32,000 nt of DNA from Desulfotalea psychrophila LSv54 (GTDB lineage: Bacteria > Desulfobacterota > Desulfobulbia > Desulfobulbales > Desulfocapsaceae). Positions 8,512 through 17,353 of this stretch are shown here, piece after piece. The position numbers and the translations under genes were made by a program. The stretch lies in contig NC_006138.1 in assembly GCF_000025945.1 (NCBI RefSeq), positions 150,001-182,000 of the forward strand. The letters run 5' to 3'. The notes beneath the pieces are model-generated. The model did not search any database and had not been told where the DNA came from. It worked only from the letters and a program-made list of their open reading frames with translations. Position 1 is the stretch's first letter. Every line of letters begins with the position of its first letter.

Positions 8512-10659
8512 ATGCACAAAATAGGAAGGATTGCCATCGCCGGCGTTCCCAATTGCGGCAAGACAACCCTGTTCAACTCCTTGACAGGGGCAAAGCAAAC
8601 GGTTGGCAACTGGCCGGGAGTAACCGTTGAAAAAGTTGAGGGTAGTTTTTCTTTAAGGGGAAGCAAGGTTGAACTTGTTGACCTTCCTGGAACATACAAT
8701 CTCAGTCCTGACACAGAAGATCAAAAAGTTGCAGAGCGTGTTATTCGAGAGGGAGAATACGACCTCATCCTCAACGTTGTTGACGCCAGTAACCTTTCCA
8801 GAAATCTTTATCTGACCATGGATCTCAAGGAGAGAACAAGTCAGATAATTATCCTCCTTAATATGCTCGATGTTGCCAAGTCTGAAGGTATTGACATTGA
8901 CGTAAATAAACTCAGCGAAGAGCTTGGCGTCCCCGTCATCCCAGTAATTGCCGTATGTCCAAAATCCGTGCAAAAAGCCGTCAAACGTGTAGAAATAGCG
9001 GCGGCAAAACTCCCCAAGCATGACTCGCACGCATCCCGCGCCGAGGTAATGGACACGGTCAAAAAATATGCCCATATTGATAAAATATATAATCTGATTG
9101 CAAAAGAGAAAAAAGACAAAAAAGATAGCATAACCAATAGAATAGACAATATTGTCATGAACCGCTTTGCGGCCATTCCAATATTTTTGCTCTCCATGTT
9201 TGTCACCTTTTGGTTTGCCATTGGGGTTGGCTCGGTTTTTATCGATTTTTTCGATATAATGGGCGGCCTCCTCTTTATTGAGGTGCCCACGGCAATGCTC
9301 AACACAGTACATGCACCCGAGTGGCTCATCGTTATGATTGCAGGAGGATTAGGCACCGGTTGCCAAACCGTTGCTACCTTCATCCCCGTTGTTTTCTTTA
9401 TGTTTCTTGCCTTGGCCATCCTGGAAAATCTTGGCTATATGTCACGGGTAGGCGTTGTTGCCGACCGATTTATGCGCAAAATAGGCCTCCCCGGCTCTGC
9501 CTTCATCCCCATGATAGTAGGCTTTGGCTGTACAGTCCCTGCTATTATGGCAGCACGTACCCTGACGACAACACGCGACCGCTATATGACCATCTTTATG
9601 GCACCATTTATGTCCTGCGGTGCTCGTCTGCCGGTATACGCTCTCTTTTGTTCAGCCCTCTTCGGTGCATACTCCGGCCTTGCAGTCTTTATGATCTACA
9701 TCACCGGGCTTTTTATGGCTATTCTGACCGGTTTTTTCCTAAAGAACACCCTCTTTAAGGGAGCCTCATCCCATTTCGTCATGGACCTGCCGCTCTATCA
9801 CAAGCCCCAGGTGGGCGCTGTCCTGTTAAGCGCTTGGTTACGACTGAAAAATTTTATCGGCAAGGCAGGAGTCATTGTTGTTCTAGCAGTATTTTGTCTC
9901 AGCCTAGTCAACTCCGTTGGTATTGAAGATGGCAAAATGACCTTTGGCAATGAGGACTCACAGTCCTCCATTCTGGCCCATGCCGGCAAGGCTATTACTC
10001 CGATCTTCGAACCAATGGGTATCCAAAGAGATAATTGGCCAGCATCCGTTGCCCTCTTCACGGGCCTCTTTGCCAAGGAAGCTATCGTCGGCACCATTAA
10101 CTCCCTCTATGCCTCTGTCGATATGACCGATCTTGCCGAAGCTACCACAGAACAGGCTCCCGCAAAACTCGACGTTGCAGGTTCAATCACTAAAGCCTTC
10201 ACCTCCGTAGGAGAAGGAATGGTGGGAGTTGTCAGCTCTTTTGATCTATTGGGAATTGGCATTATCAATGAGGATCAAAAAACTATCAGCGAAGAGACGG
10301 GGGCAAGCACCGATGTCTACAAACATATCGCGGCAAACTTCACCGTTTTTTCTGCCTTTGCCTATCTCCTCTTTGTCCTGATGTACTTCCCCTGCCTGGC
10401 CGTGATCGGAGTAGCAAAACAGGAAATGGGTGGCTTCTACACCATGATAATGGCCACATACTGCACCATGCTTGCCTGGTCCGTGGCCACTCTCTTCTAC
10501 CAAATAGCCGAGGGACATAATATTTTATACATCCTTCTGGCCTGCCTGATTCTGGCATCCGTATACGGTCTCCTTCACCTCATTGGCAAAAAAGAGAGAA
10601 TCAACAAGGTCACTACCCCACCACCGCCACCCATGCGAAAACGCTGTTGCGGTCAATAG
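8512..10659 (+). CDS. feoB: Ferrous iron transporter FeoB (G-domain plus permease)
   Basis: N-terminal GTPase motifs (IAIAGVPNCGKTTLFNSLTG, DLPGTY, NMLD) followed by a polytopic membrane domain. The C-terminal tail is PPPPPMRKRCCGQ. Confidence 0.95.
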   Translation: MHKIGRIAIAGVPNCGKTTLFNSLTGAKQTVGNWPGVTVEKVEGSFSLRGSKVELVDLPGTYNLSPDTEDQKVAERVIREGEYDLILNVVDASNLSRNLYLTMDLKERTSQIIILLNMLDVAKSEGIDIDVNKLSEELGVPVIPVIAVCPKSVQKAVKRVEIAAAKLPKHDSHASRAEVMDTVKKYAHIDKIYNLIAKEKKDKKDSITNRIDNIVMNRFAAIPIFLLSMFVTFWFAIGVGSVFIDFFDIMGGLLFIEVPTAMLNTVHAPEWLIVMIAGGLGTGCQTVATFIPVVFFMFLALAILENLGYMSRVGVVADRFMRKIGLPGSAFIPMIVGFGCTVPAIMAARTLTTTRDRYMTIFMAPFMSCGARLPVYALFCSALFGAYSGLAVFMIYITGLFMAILTGFFLKNTLFKGASSHFVMDLPLYHKPQVGAVLLSAWLRLKNFIGKAGVIVVLAVFCLSLVNSVGIEDGKMTFGNEDSQSSILAHAGKAITPIFEPMGIQRDNWPASVALFTGLFAKEAIVGTINSLYASVDMTDLAEATTEQAPAKLDVAGSITKAFTSVGEGMVGVVSSFDLLGIGIINEDQKTISEETGASTDVYKHIAANFTVFSAFAYLLFVLMYFPCLAVIGVAKQEMGGFYTMIMATYCTMLAWSVATLFYQIAEGHNILYILLACLILASVYGLLHLIGKKERINKVTTPPPPPMRKRCCGQ

Positions 10660-10710
10660 ATACCGACACTCAAAAGTCCTCCTCTATGGAGGCCTTGGGC
10701 GTCACGTAGC

Positions 10711-11748
10711 CTACTCCATAACGTTCCCCGGCTCCTCGGGACTTAAAAACTCATCGAGCAACAGAACATTGCAACATTGGTAGTCTCCCTTCCGAATTAT
10801 ACAGTCCAGATAATCACAGGAGACACAGTAGGCTCGCCGGCAGGGATCAAGATGAAAACAGATCTCTCCCCTATAGTCATAATCCGCCATCAACCTTTTA
10901 GTGAAAATCTCCGATTGGATGTGTACCTCGGAAATATCCCAATATTCCGGCACCACCAGATGGGCATCAATATGATGAAAGGCACCCGAACGAAGAATAC
11001 GGGCATGATGGACCTGAACTATCCCCGGGAAACGATCCCTTTTAACCAATTCAGCCAAATGAGAGATCAGCTCTTCATCCCTTGTATCAAGCAGGTCGCT
11101 AAAAGAGTCTCGAACGATTGAAAAACCCGTATAGGTAAGAAACAGGGCAACAACAATGGCGATGGCGGGATCAACCCAGGCCCATCCTGTCAAGAGATAG
11201 AGAAGAAGGCCGGCAATAACCCCCACACTTGTCCACAGATCAGATAAGACATGGGCACTACTGGCAAGCAGTGCCTTAGACCTGCTAGCCTTTCCAGCCC
11301 TTTTAAGATAAAGCCCCAAAAACAAATTCAAAAGACCGGCAAAGCCAATAAGCAGGAGTCCATACCCAAGCTCTTTTATCTCCTGCCCATAAAACAGGGC
11401 ATTTACCGCCTTTACTAAAATTGCCAAGGCAGCAAAGGTAATCAACCCTCCCTCAAAGGCCGCTGAAAAAAACTCCATCTTGCCGTGACCGTAGGGGTGA
11501 CGATCATCAGCTGGCTTCATGGCCATGGTAATGATAATGAGTGCCAACAGGGCAGCCACCACATTAACGGTACTCTCCGCAGCATCAGAGAAAATGGCCT
11601 GTGAATCTGAGACAATAAAGGCCGCGAACTTGCAACACATAATAAAAAAACTGGCCACCAATGAAACACGGGCGGCCTTCACCCTATCCTTTGAGTCTTG
11701 TCCTATTTTTTCTTCCACTAGCGAATCTCCCTCGACACCAAGCACCAC
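10711..11748 (-). CDS. Cation diffusion facilitator (CDF) metal exporter with a Cys-rich C-terminal extension
   Basis: Six TM helices with CDF signatures (SDAAES..N, HPYGHGKMEFF, HVLSDLWTSVGVI), a cytoplasmic dimerisation domain, then a tail containing 8 Cys (CFHLDPCRRAYCVSCDYLDCIIRKGDYQCC). Confidence 0.85.
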   Translation of the reverse strand: MVLGVEGDSLVEEKIGQDSKDRVKAARVSLVASFFIMCCKFAAFIVSDSQAIFSDAAESTVNVVAALLALIIITMAMKPADDRHPYGHGKMEFFSAAFEGGLITFAALAILVKAVNALFYGQEIKELGYGLLLIGFAGLLNLFLGLYLKRAGKASRSKALLASSAHVLSDLWTSVGVIAGLLLYLLTGWAWVDPAIAIVVALFLTYTGFSIVRDSFSDLLDTRDEELISHLAELVKRDRFPGIVQVHHARILRSGAFHHIDAHLVVPEYWDISEVHIQSEIFTKRLMADYDYRGEICFHLDPCRRAYCVSCDYLDCIIRKGDYQCCNVLLLDEFLSPEEPGNVME

Positions 11749-11868
11749 TTCTTGATATTATATAGACTATAGTTGAAATTCATCAGAACTGTCCTTGCCT
11801 TACAGGTGATACTTCTTACAATAAACATATCATTTTAACAAAAAACAACATCTTTATGGAGGCTTGTC

Positions 11869-12066
11869 ATGGCTGGAAAAATTTTTTACCGAGAACGACA
11901 AAAGGCTAAAGAAAAAACAAAAACCCCGCGCTATCGTATAATCGCCGTCAGTGGCGTTGACCTCAAGGTATATGGGGAGCATTTTCGCCAGACCGAGCTC
12001 AAACAAATTGCCCAGGCAGTGGGGGCAAAGCTCATAGCCCTTAAACGTGGCGAAAAGCACAGATAG
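11869..12066 (+). CDS. Small basic hypothetical protein (65 aa)
   Basis: A good RBS (ggagg, 6 nt before the ATG). It lies 26 nt upstream of the next gene on the same strand. I recognise no family. Confidence 0.5.
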   Translation: MAGKIFYRERQKAKEKTKTPRYRIIAVSGVDLKVYGEHFRQTELKQIAQAVGAKLIALKRGEKHR

Positions 12067-12092
12067 CCAACAATATTTAACTGGAGAAGCCC

Positions 12093-12923
12093 ATGGCATT
12101 GGTTCGAGAAAAAGACGGCAAAAGACTACACGTCAAAAGTTCTCTGATGGGAGAGAGTCTGGTCAGTAAAGAATTTATCAAAAACCTCGATATTGCTCCG
12201 CAGGAGCGGCTCTACCCCGATGTAGCTGTGATGAAGATTGGCGGACAATCGATTTGCGATAGAGGCACAAAGGCCCTACCAGGAGTCCTCAAAGAAATTG
12301 CCGCAAATCGCGCTGAGCACAAGATGCTCCTTACCACCGGTGGAGGCACACGTAGCAGACATATCTACACCATCGGTCTTGAGATGGGGATGCCCACGGG
12401 CGTTATTGCTAAATTTGGCAGCATGGTCTCAGAACAAAATGCCCTTATGGTAGCTACCCTGCTCTCACCTTGGGGAGGTACCCAGATTTCCCACTCCGAT
12501 ATTGTCAAATTACCCACATACTTCAAGGATGGAATCATCCCCGTCATGGCCGGCATGCCTCCCTATGATTATTTTGCCATCAAACCCAAGGTGGGACGTA
12601 TCCCCATCCATCGCACCGATGTCGGCCTTATCATTCTCGCCGACCTGATCGGCTCCCGCAACATACTCTTTATCAAAGATGAAAATGGCCTCTACACGGA
12701 TGACCCTAAAAAAAATCCCAAGGCCGATTTTATTGGGGAAATAGGAGCTCAAGACCTACTGGACAGTGGTCAGGACGATCTTGTCATCGAAAGACCATGT
12801 CTGGAAATCATTCAGAACAGTGAAGTTATTGATAAAGTTCAAATTATCAATGGCACAGTTCCTGGAAACATAACAAGAGCCTTAGCCGGCGAGCATGTGG
12901 GCACCTACATCCACAAACAATAA
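12093..12923 (+). CDS. Amino-acid-kinase-fold protein resembling molybdenum storage protein subunits (MosA/MosB-like)
   Basis: VMKIGGQSICDRG...LLTTGGGTRSRHIYTIGLEMGMPTGV...MPPY...RTDVG...LFIKDENGLYTDDPKKNPKA.FI...INGTVPGNITRALAGEHVGT closely follows the Azotobacter MoSto subunit sequence as I recall it. The RBS is ggagaag. Confidence 0.75.
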   Translation: MALVREKDGKRLHVKSSLMGESLVSKEFIKNLDIAPQERLYPDVAVMKIGGQSICDRGTKALPGVLKEIAANRAEHKMLLTTGGGTRSRHIYTIGLEMGMPTGVIAKFGSMVSEQNALMVATLLSPWGGTQISHSDIVKLPTYFKDGIIPVMAGMPPYDYFAIKPKVGRIPIHRTDVGLIILADLIGSRNILFIKDENGLYTDDPKKNPKADFIGEIGAQDLLDSGQDDLVIERPCLEIIQNSEVIDKVQIINGTVPGNITRALAGEHVGTYIHKQ

Positions 12924-12927
12924 AAAT

Positions 12928-12963
12928 AGGGGCGGGAAGAGAAAGCCCCTGCCCCTTTGCTTT
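12928..12963. terminator. Bidirectional hairpin between the convergent MoSto-like and PilZ genes
   Basis: AGGGGCGGG (12928-12936) pairs with CCTGCCCCT (12948-12956). It is A-rich upstream and T-rich downstream. Confidence 0.45.
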
Positions 12964-12980
12964 AGCAGAGATGGCCCTGA

Positions 12981-13340
12981 TCAGTTAATGCCCAGATGAC
13001 CTTTAATTTCTCGCTCTGTCTCTTCAGGATCTTCAGCATTATAGACCAAAATATTCTTTATATGGCCAAGAGATTCCGGCGAGACGGAGGTAAAACGAAA
13101 ACCAAGTCTCCCCTCCTTTACCCAAACAACATGGCCTACCACATCCACCACAAGGCTACCGCCACCAAGATGCATTTTCAGCAAAATATCCTCATCTTCC
13201 GGTAGGATTGCGGCTGTAACCAGCTGACAGCCTCCGAGGGCAAGGTCAAATATTTCATCCACAGGATATATCACCCCAGCCAGCGAAATTTCACCTGTTC
13301 CCCAAAAAAACATTCGGCTAAACCGACGCTTACCATCCAT
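12981..13340 (-). CDS. Single-domain PilZ protein (putative c-di-GMP receptor)
   Basis: RxxxR motif (RRFSR) near the N-terminus and a DxSxxG-like motif (DLALGG, Ser replaced by Ala), about 119 aa. A strong RBS (ggaggag) precedes the ATG at 13340; the track ORF extends to 13382. Confidence 0.75.
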   Translation of the reverse strand: MDGKRRFSRMFFWGTGEISLAGVIYPVDEIFDLALGGCQLVTAAILPEDEDILLKMHLGGGSLVVDVVGHVVWVKEGRLGFRFTSVSPESLGHIKNILVYNAEDPEETEREIKGHLGIN

Positions 13341-13623
13341 ACTCTCCTCCCCTTTATTTTTTTTAAGGATACTTCGTAACAAATTCCCCGTTGCGAATAC
13401 AGAAAAACAACAGCACAGATCTTAAACACATAATTTCAAATAGTCACTCCCCTGCATAATCAGCAAAGCATACAGCAAAACCCCTGATATCGTTCAACAG
13501 GCAAATAGATGAAAGCCATACATTAACATTGAAAATCATCGCCTAACGCAGTATACAGCCTAGAATGTCTTTTCTGCTAAGCCCTTTACTGACAGCTAAA
13601 AAACGAAATACAAGGAGAACAAA

Positions 13624-15171
13624 GTGAAAAAAATCGCCCTATTATTCTTGGCATCTTTCATGTTACTTACCGTAACAGCACAGGCCAAGACCATGAGGCT
13701 GGCAATGGATGCGGATCCAGTATCTCTTGATCCCCACGTCCAACTCTCAGGTGGAATGGTCCAATACTCTCACATGGTTTTCGATCCGCTGGTTCGTTGG
13801 ACCCAGGACATGGAGTTCGAGGCACGTCTTGCCACAAAATGGGAACGTATTGACCCACTTACCCTCCGTATGCATCTTCGCCAAGGTGTAAAATTTCACT
13901 CCGGAAATCCTTTTACCGCAAAAGACGTTGCCTGGACCATCAAACGCCTCCAGGGCAGCGCTGATTTCAAAGCACTCTTTGAACCCTTCGCAGACCCCGT
14001 TATTGTTGATGATTACACAATTGACATCAAGACCAAGCAACCTTATGGCCTTACCCTCAACATGTGTACCTACATCTTTCCTATGGATTCCGTATTCTAC
14101 AGTGGAAAAGATGAGAAGGGACGCGACAAGAGCCTTATCGTAAAAACTGACTACTCCTTTGCCAATGAATTCGAATCCGGCACCGGTAAATACCAGGTAA
14201 TAGAGCGCGAACCAGGTCAGAAATGGGTTCTTAGAGCATTCCCACAATACTGGGATAAAAACAGTGGTAACATTGATGAAATCATCCTTACCCCTATCAG
14301 TGAAGATGCTACCCGCATGGCAGCACTTCTCTCCGGCGATGTAGACTTCATTATGCCCGTACCACCACAGGATTTCAAGAGAATAGAAAGCCAAAAAGAT
14401 CTCCAACTTATCTCTCTTCCTGGTACCCGCATCATTACCCTGCAGATGAACCAGGAACGTCGCCCTGAATTCAAGGACGTTCGTGTTCGTCAGGCAATTG
14501 TCCTTGCGATAAACAATACAGGTATCGTTCAGAAGATCATGAAGGGCCGTGCTACCACGGCCGGACAAACCTCGCCCATGGGTTATGCCGGTCACGATTC
14601 AGCACTCCAGCCTCGCTACGACCTGAAGAAGGCCAAGTCCCTGATGAAAGCAGCTGGATATGAGAAGGGTTTTACCATCTCCATGATCACTCCTAATAAT
14701 CGTTACGTCAATGACGATAAGATTGCTGAAGCAGTTACCTCCATGCTTGCCAAGATCAACATCAAGGTTGAGCTGCAGACCATGCCTAAGGCCCAATATT
14801 GGGATAAGTTCGATGCTCAGGTAGCTGACATTCAAATGCTTGGCTGGCACGCAGATACCGAGGACAGCGCCAACTTTTTCGAATTCCTCTATATGTGTCG
14901 CAACAAAGAGACCGGTTACGGACAGTACAATAGCGGCTCTTATTGTAATCCCAAGGTAGATGAACTTACCCTCGCCTCTCAAACAGAGACTGATCTTGTC
15001 AAGCGGGCGGAAGACCTTAAGGAGATTGAAAGAATTCTCTATAAGGACGCAGCAGGCATCACCCTTCACTGGCAGATGCTTTCCTGGGCAGCAAGCGAGA
15101 AGCTTACCAATGCAAAAGATATTGTTAATGTAATGAACTACCCATATTTCGGTGACCTCAATATGGACTAA
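13624..15171 (+). CDS. ABC transporter substrate-binding protein, family 5 (peptide/nickel/opine type)
   Basis: GTG start preceded by aaggag. It has a signal peptide (LLTVTAQA) and the length and motifs of the DppA/OppA/NikA fold. It sits upstream of matching permease and ATPase genes. Confidence 0.9.
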   Translation: MKKIALLFLASFMLLTVTAQAKTMRLAMDADPVSLDPHVQLSGGMVQYSHMVFDPLVRWTQDMEFEARLATKWERIDPLTLRMHLRQGVKFHSGNPFTAKDVAWTIKRLQGSADFKALFEPFADPVIVDDYTIDIKTKQPYGLTLNMCTYIFPMDSVFYSGKDEKGRDKSLIVKTDYSFANEFESGTGKYQVIEREPGQKWVLRAFPQYWDKNSGNIDEIILTPISEDATRMAALLSGDVDFIMPVPPQDFKRIESQKDLQLISLPGTRIITLQMNQERRPEFKDVRVRQAIVLAINNTGIVQKIMKGRATTAGQTSPMGYAGHDSALQPRYDLKKAKSLMKAAGYEKGFTISMITPNNRYVNDDKIAEAVTSMLAKINIKVELQTMPKAQYWDKFDAQVADIQMLGWHADTEDSANFFEFLYMCRNKETGYGQYNSGSYCNPKVDELTLASQTETDLVKRAEDLKEIERILYKDAAGITLHWQMLSWAASEKLTNAKDIVNVMNYPYFGDLNMD

Positions 15172-15229
15172 ACTCCTTGCAAAGACAAAACTGTTTGCAA
15201 ACGTTACTGACGATTTTTGCACCTTAAAT

Positions 15230-15265
15230 GGCCTGGTAAGATCCACTCTTACCAGGCCGTTTTCT
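15230..15265 (+). terminator. Strong intercistronic hairpin (attenuator/partial terminator) after the binding-protein gene
   Basis: Perfect 12-bp stem GGCCTGGTAAGA (15230-15241) / TCTTACCAGGCC (15247-15258), 5-nt loop, then gttttct. Confidence 0.6.
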
Positions 15266-15455
15266 GTAGCTAAACAGATATAAATCCCCTCTCCAAAAGC
15301 TACAATTAGAATTGCATGAAACTTTCAAAAAGCATAAGGCCTCCCGAGAAGGTTTTACACAAGCACTCACTCCACGGGAGCGGGAAAAATCAAGCGGGAA
15401 AGCTGAACGCAGCCTGTGCGGCACAGCATTTTTTGCAAAAACCAAATAAAAAACC

Positions 15456-16433
15456 ATGATAGCATTCTTTATCCGCCGGTTCACTCAGGCCCTCTTCGTC
15501 ATGCTCGTCATCAGCGTGATTGGTTTTGCCATCAAGCAAAATGTAGGTGATCCTGTCCGTGAAATTACCGGCGTATCCGTATCCGCTGCCGAGCGTGAAG
15601 CTCTACGTGAAGATCTTGGCCTCAACGACCCCTTTATGGTGCAATGGACCCGCTTTGTCGGCAAGGCCATCCAGGGAGACTTGGGCAACTCTTTTTATTT
15701 CAAAAAACCCGCCGTTGACGTCATCATGAGTAAGGCCCCGGCCACCATGGAGCTGGTTTTTTCCACCTCTATCCTGGTCATTTTTCTCTCTATTCCTCTG
15801 GGAATCTATGCCGCCGTCTACCCAAGGTCGACCCTCTCCCGTTTTTTTATGGGAGCCAGTATCGTTGGTGTTTCAATTCCCGTCTTTTTGACGGCAATTC
15901 TTCTTATATATGTTTTTTCTGTAGGGCTCGGTTGGCTTCCATCCTATGGACGAGGTGACCTGGTAGAAATCTTCCCCGGCTGGGAATCAGGGTTTTTCAC
16001 CTTGGACGGCCTACGACACCTGGTCCTGCCGACCATATCCCTGACCGCCATCATGCTCCCCCTCTTTATCCGTCTCATTCGGGCAGAGATGCAGGAATCG
16101 CTGCAAACAGAGTATGTTAAATTTGCCCGAGCAAAGGGTTTAAAGCCAAGCCGAGTACTCTTCGTTCACGCCTTCAAAAACACCCTCCTCCCCGTTATCA
16201 CCGTAGGTGGTGTACAATTAGGAACCCTTATTGCCTTTACCATTTTAACAGAAACGGTCTTTCAGTGGCAGGGAATGGGCTCTATGTTTATCGAGTCTGT
16301 AGAACGTGCTGATACCTCACTCATGGTCGCCTACCTGGTCTTTGTCGGTTTGATTTTTGTGGTGGTCAATACATTTGTTGACCTTATCTATGGTTTTGTT
16401 AACCCCACCATTCGCGTAGCAGGGAGGAAATAA
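15456..16433 (+). CDS. ABC transporter permease (DppB/OppB/NikB-like)
   Basis: Six TM helices, the N-terminal FIIRR-type start (FFIRRFTQALFV) and the EAA-like loop (YVKFARAKGL...VLFVHAFKN). Confidence 0.9.
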   Translation: MIAFFIRRFTQALFVMLVISVIGFAIKQNVGDPVREITGVSVSAAEREALREDLGLNDPFMVQWTRFVGKAIQGDLGNSFYFKKPAVDVIMSKAPATMELVFSTSILVIFLSIPLGIYAAVYPRSTLSRFFMGASIVGVSIPVFLTAILLIYVFSVGLGWLPSYGRGDLVEIFPGWESGFFTLDGLRHLVLPTISLTAIMLPLFIRLIRAEMQESLQTEYVKFARAKGLKPSRVLFVHAFKNTLLPVITVGGVQLGTLIAFTILTETVFQWQGMGSMFIESVERADTSLMVAYLVFVGLIFVVVNTFVDLIYGFVNPTIRVAGRK

Positions 16434-17350
16434 TGAGTAAGTTAAAACAGTTTAAAGAGTCTGATTTCCTCTACCATTTCCTCCGTGACCCTATGGCCCT
16501 CACCAGCTTTGCGGTACTGGCCATCCTTGTGGTACTGAGCTTTGGAGCGCCAATCCTCTCGCCCCATAACCCCTATGATCCGGCCAGCATTGACATCATG
16601 GACTCGGAGCTTCCACCTATTTGGCTAGACGAGGGAGATGCAAACTTCCTCCTCGGTACCGACTCCCAGGGACGCGGTATGCTCTCCACCATGATGTACG
16701 GTATGCGAGTCTCTATTCTCATTGGCCTCGGGGCGGTTATACTTCAATCCATCATCGGTATTATGGTCGGTTTGGTTGCCGGCTATAAGGGAGGGAAAAT
16801 TGATACCCTCCTCATGCGAATGGCCGACGTCCAACTCTCCTTTTCAACCTATATGGTTGCCATTTTCTTCGGGGCAATTTCCCAGGGCATATTCGGCATG
16901 GGCTTTTATGAGCAGTACGCCATCCCCATCCTCATCTTCATCATTGGTTTTGCAGAATGGCCCCAGTATGCCCGTACCGTTCGTGCCTCAGTACTGGCTG
17001 AAAAGAAGAAGGAATACGTCGAAGCAGCCAAGGTTGTGGGCCTCAGCTCCAACCGAATCATGTGGCGCCATATCCTGCCCAATACCATGACCTCTGTTCT
17101 GGTCATCTCCACCGTGCAGGTGGCAAACGCCATCATGAGTGAGGCAGCGCTCTCCTTTATCGGCCTTGGTATGCCTGTAACCCGACCCTCTCTGGGCTCC
17201 CTGATTAAATCCGGTTTCGACTATATTTTCAGCGGCTCATGGTGGATCACCCTTTTCCCCGGTATCTGCCTTGTTGTTCTCATCCTCTCCATCAACCTAC
17301 TTGGTGATTGGTTACGTGATTTTCTCAACCCAAAAATGTACAAGGAGTAG
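16433..17350 (+). CDS. ABC transporter permease (DppC/OppC/NikC-like)
   Basis: Start overlaps the upstream stop (TAATG). It has an OppC-type N-terminal region, an EAA loop (EYVEAAKVVGLSSNRIMWRHILPN) and LLGDWLRD near the C-terminus. Confidence 0.9.
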   Translation: MSKLKQFKESDFLYHFLRDPMALTSFAVLAILVVLSFGAPILSPHNPYDPASIDIMDSELPPIWLDEGDANFLLGTDSQGRGMLSTMMYGMRVSILIGLGAVILQSIIGIMVGLVAGYKGGKIDTLLMRMADVQLSFSTYMVAIFFGAISQGIFGMGFYEQYAIPILIFIIGFAEWPQYARTVRASVLAEKKKEYVEAAKVVGLSSNRIMWRHILPNTMTSVLVISTVQVANAIMSEAALSFIGLGMPVTRPSLGSLIKSGFDYIFSGSWWITLFPGICLVVLILSINLLGDWLRDFLNPKMYKE

Positions 17351-17353
17351 ACA

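Noticed and set aside
8653-9419. Two long minus-strand ORFs (219 aa and 192 aa) inside feoB
   Set aside because: They are antisense shadows of a gene with unambiguous FeoB G-domain and permease motifs. I recognise no motifs of their own.
13747-15246. Minus-strand ORFs of 282 aa and 215 aa opposite the ABC binding-protein gene
   Set aside because: They are antisense to a well-supported signal-peptide SBP gene. The sequences have no recognisable domain, and the second runs through the intercistronic hairpin.
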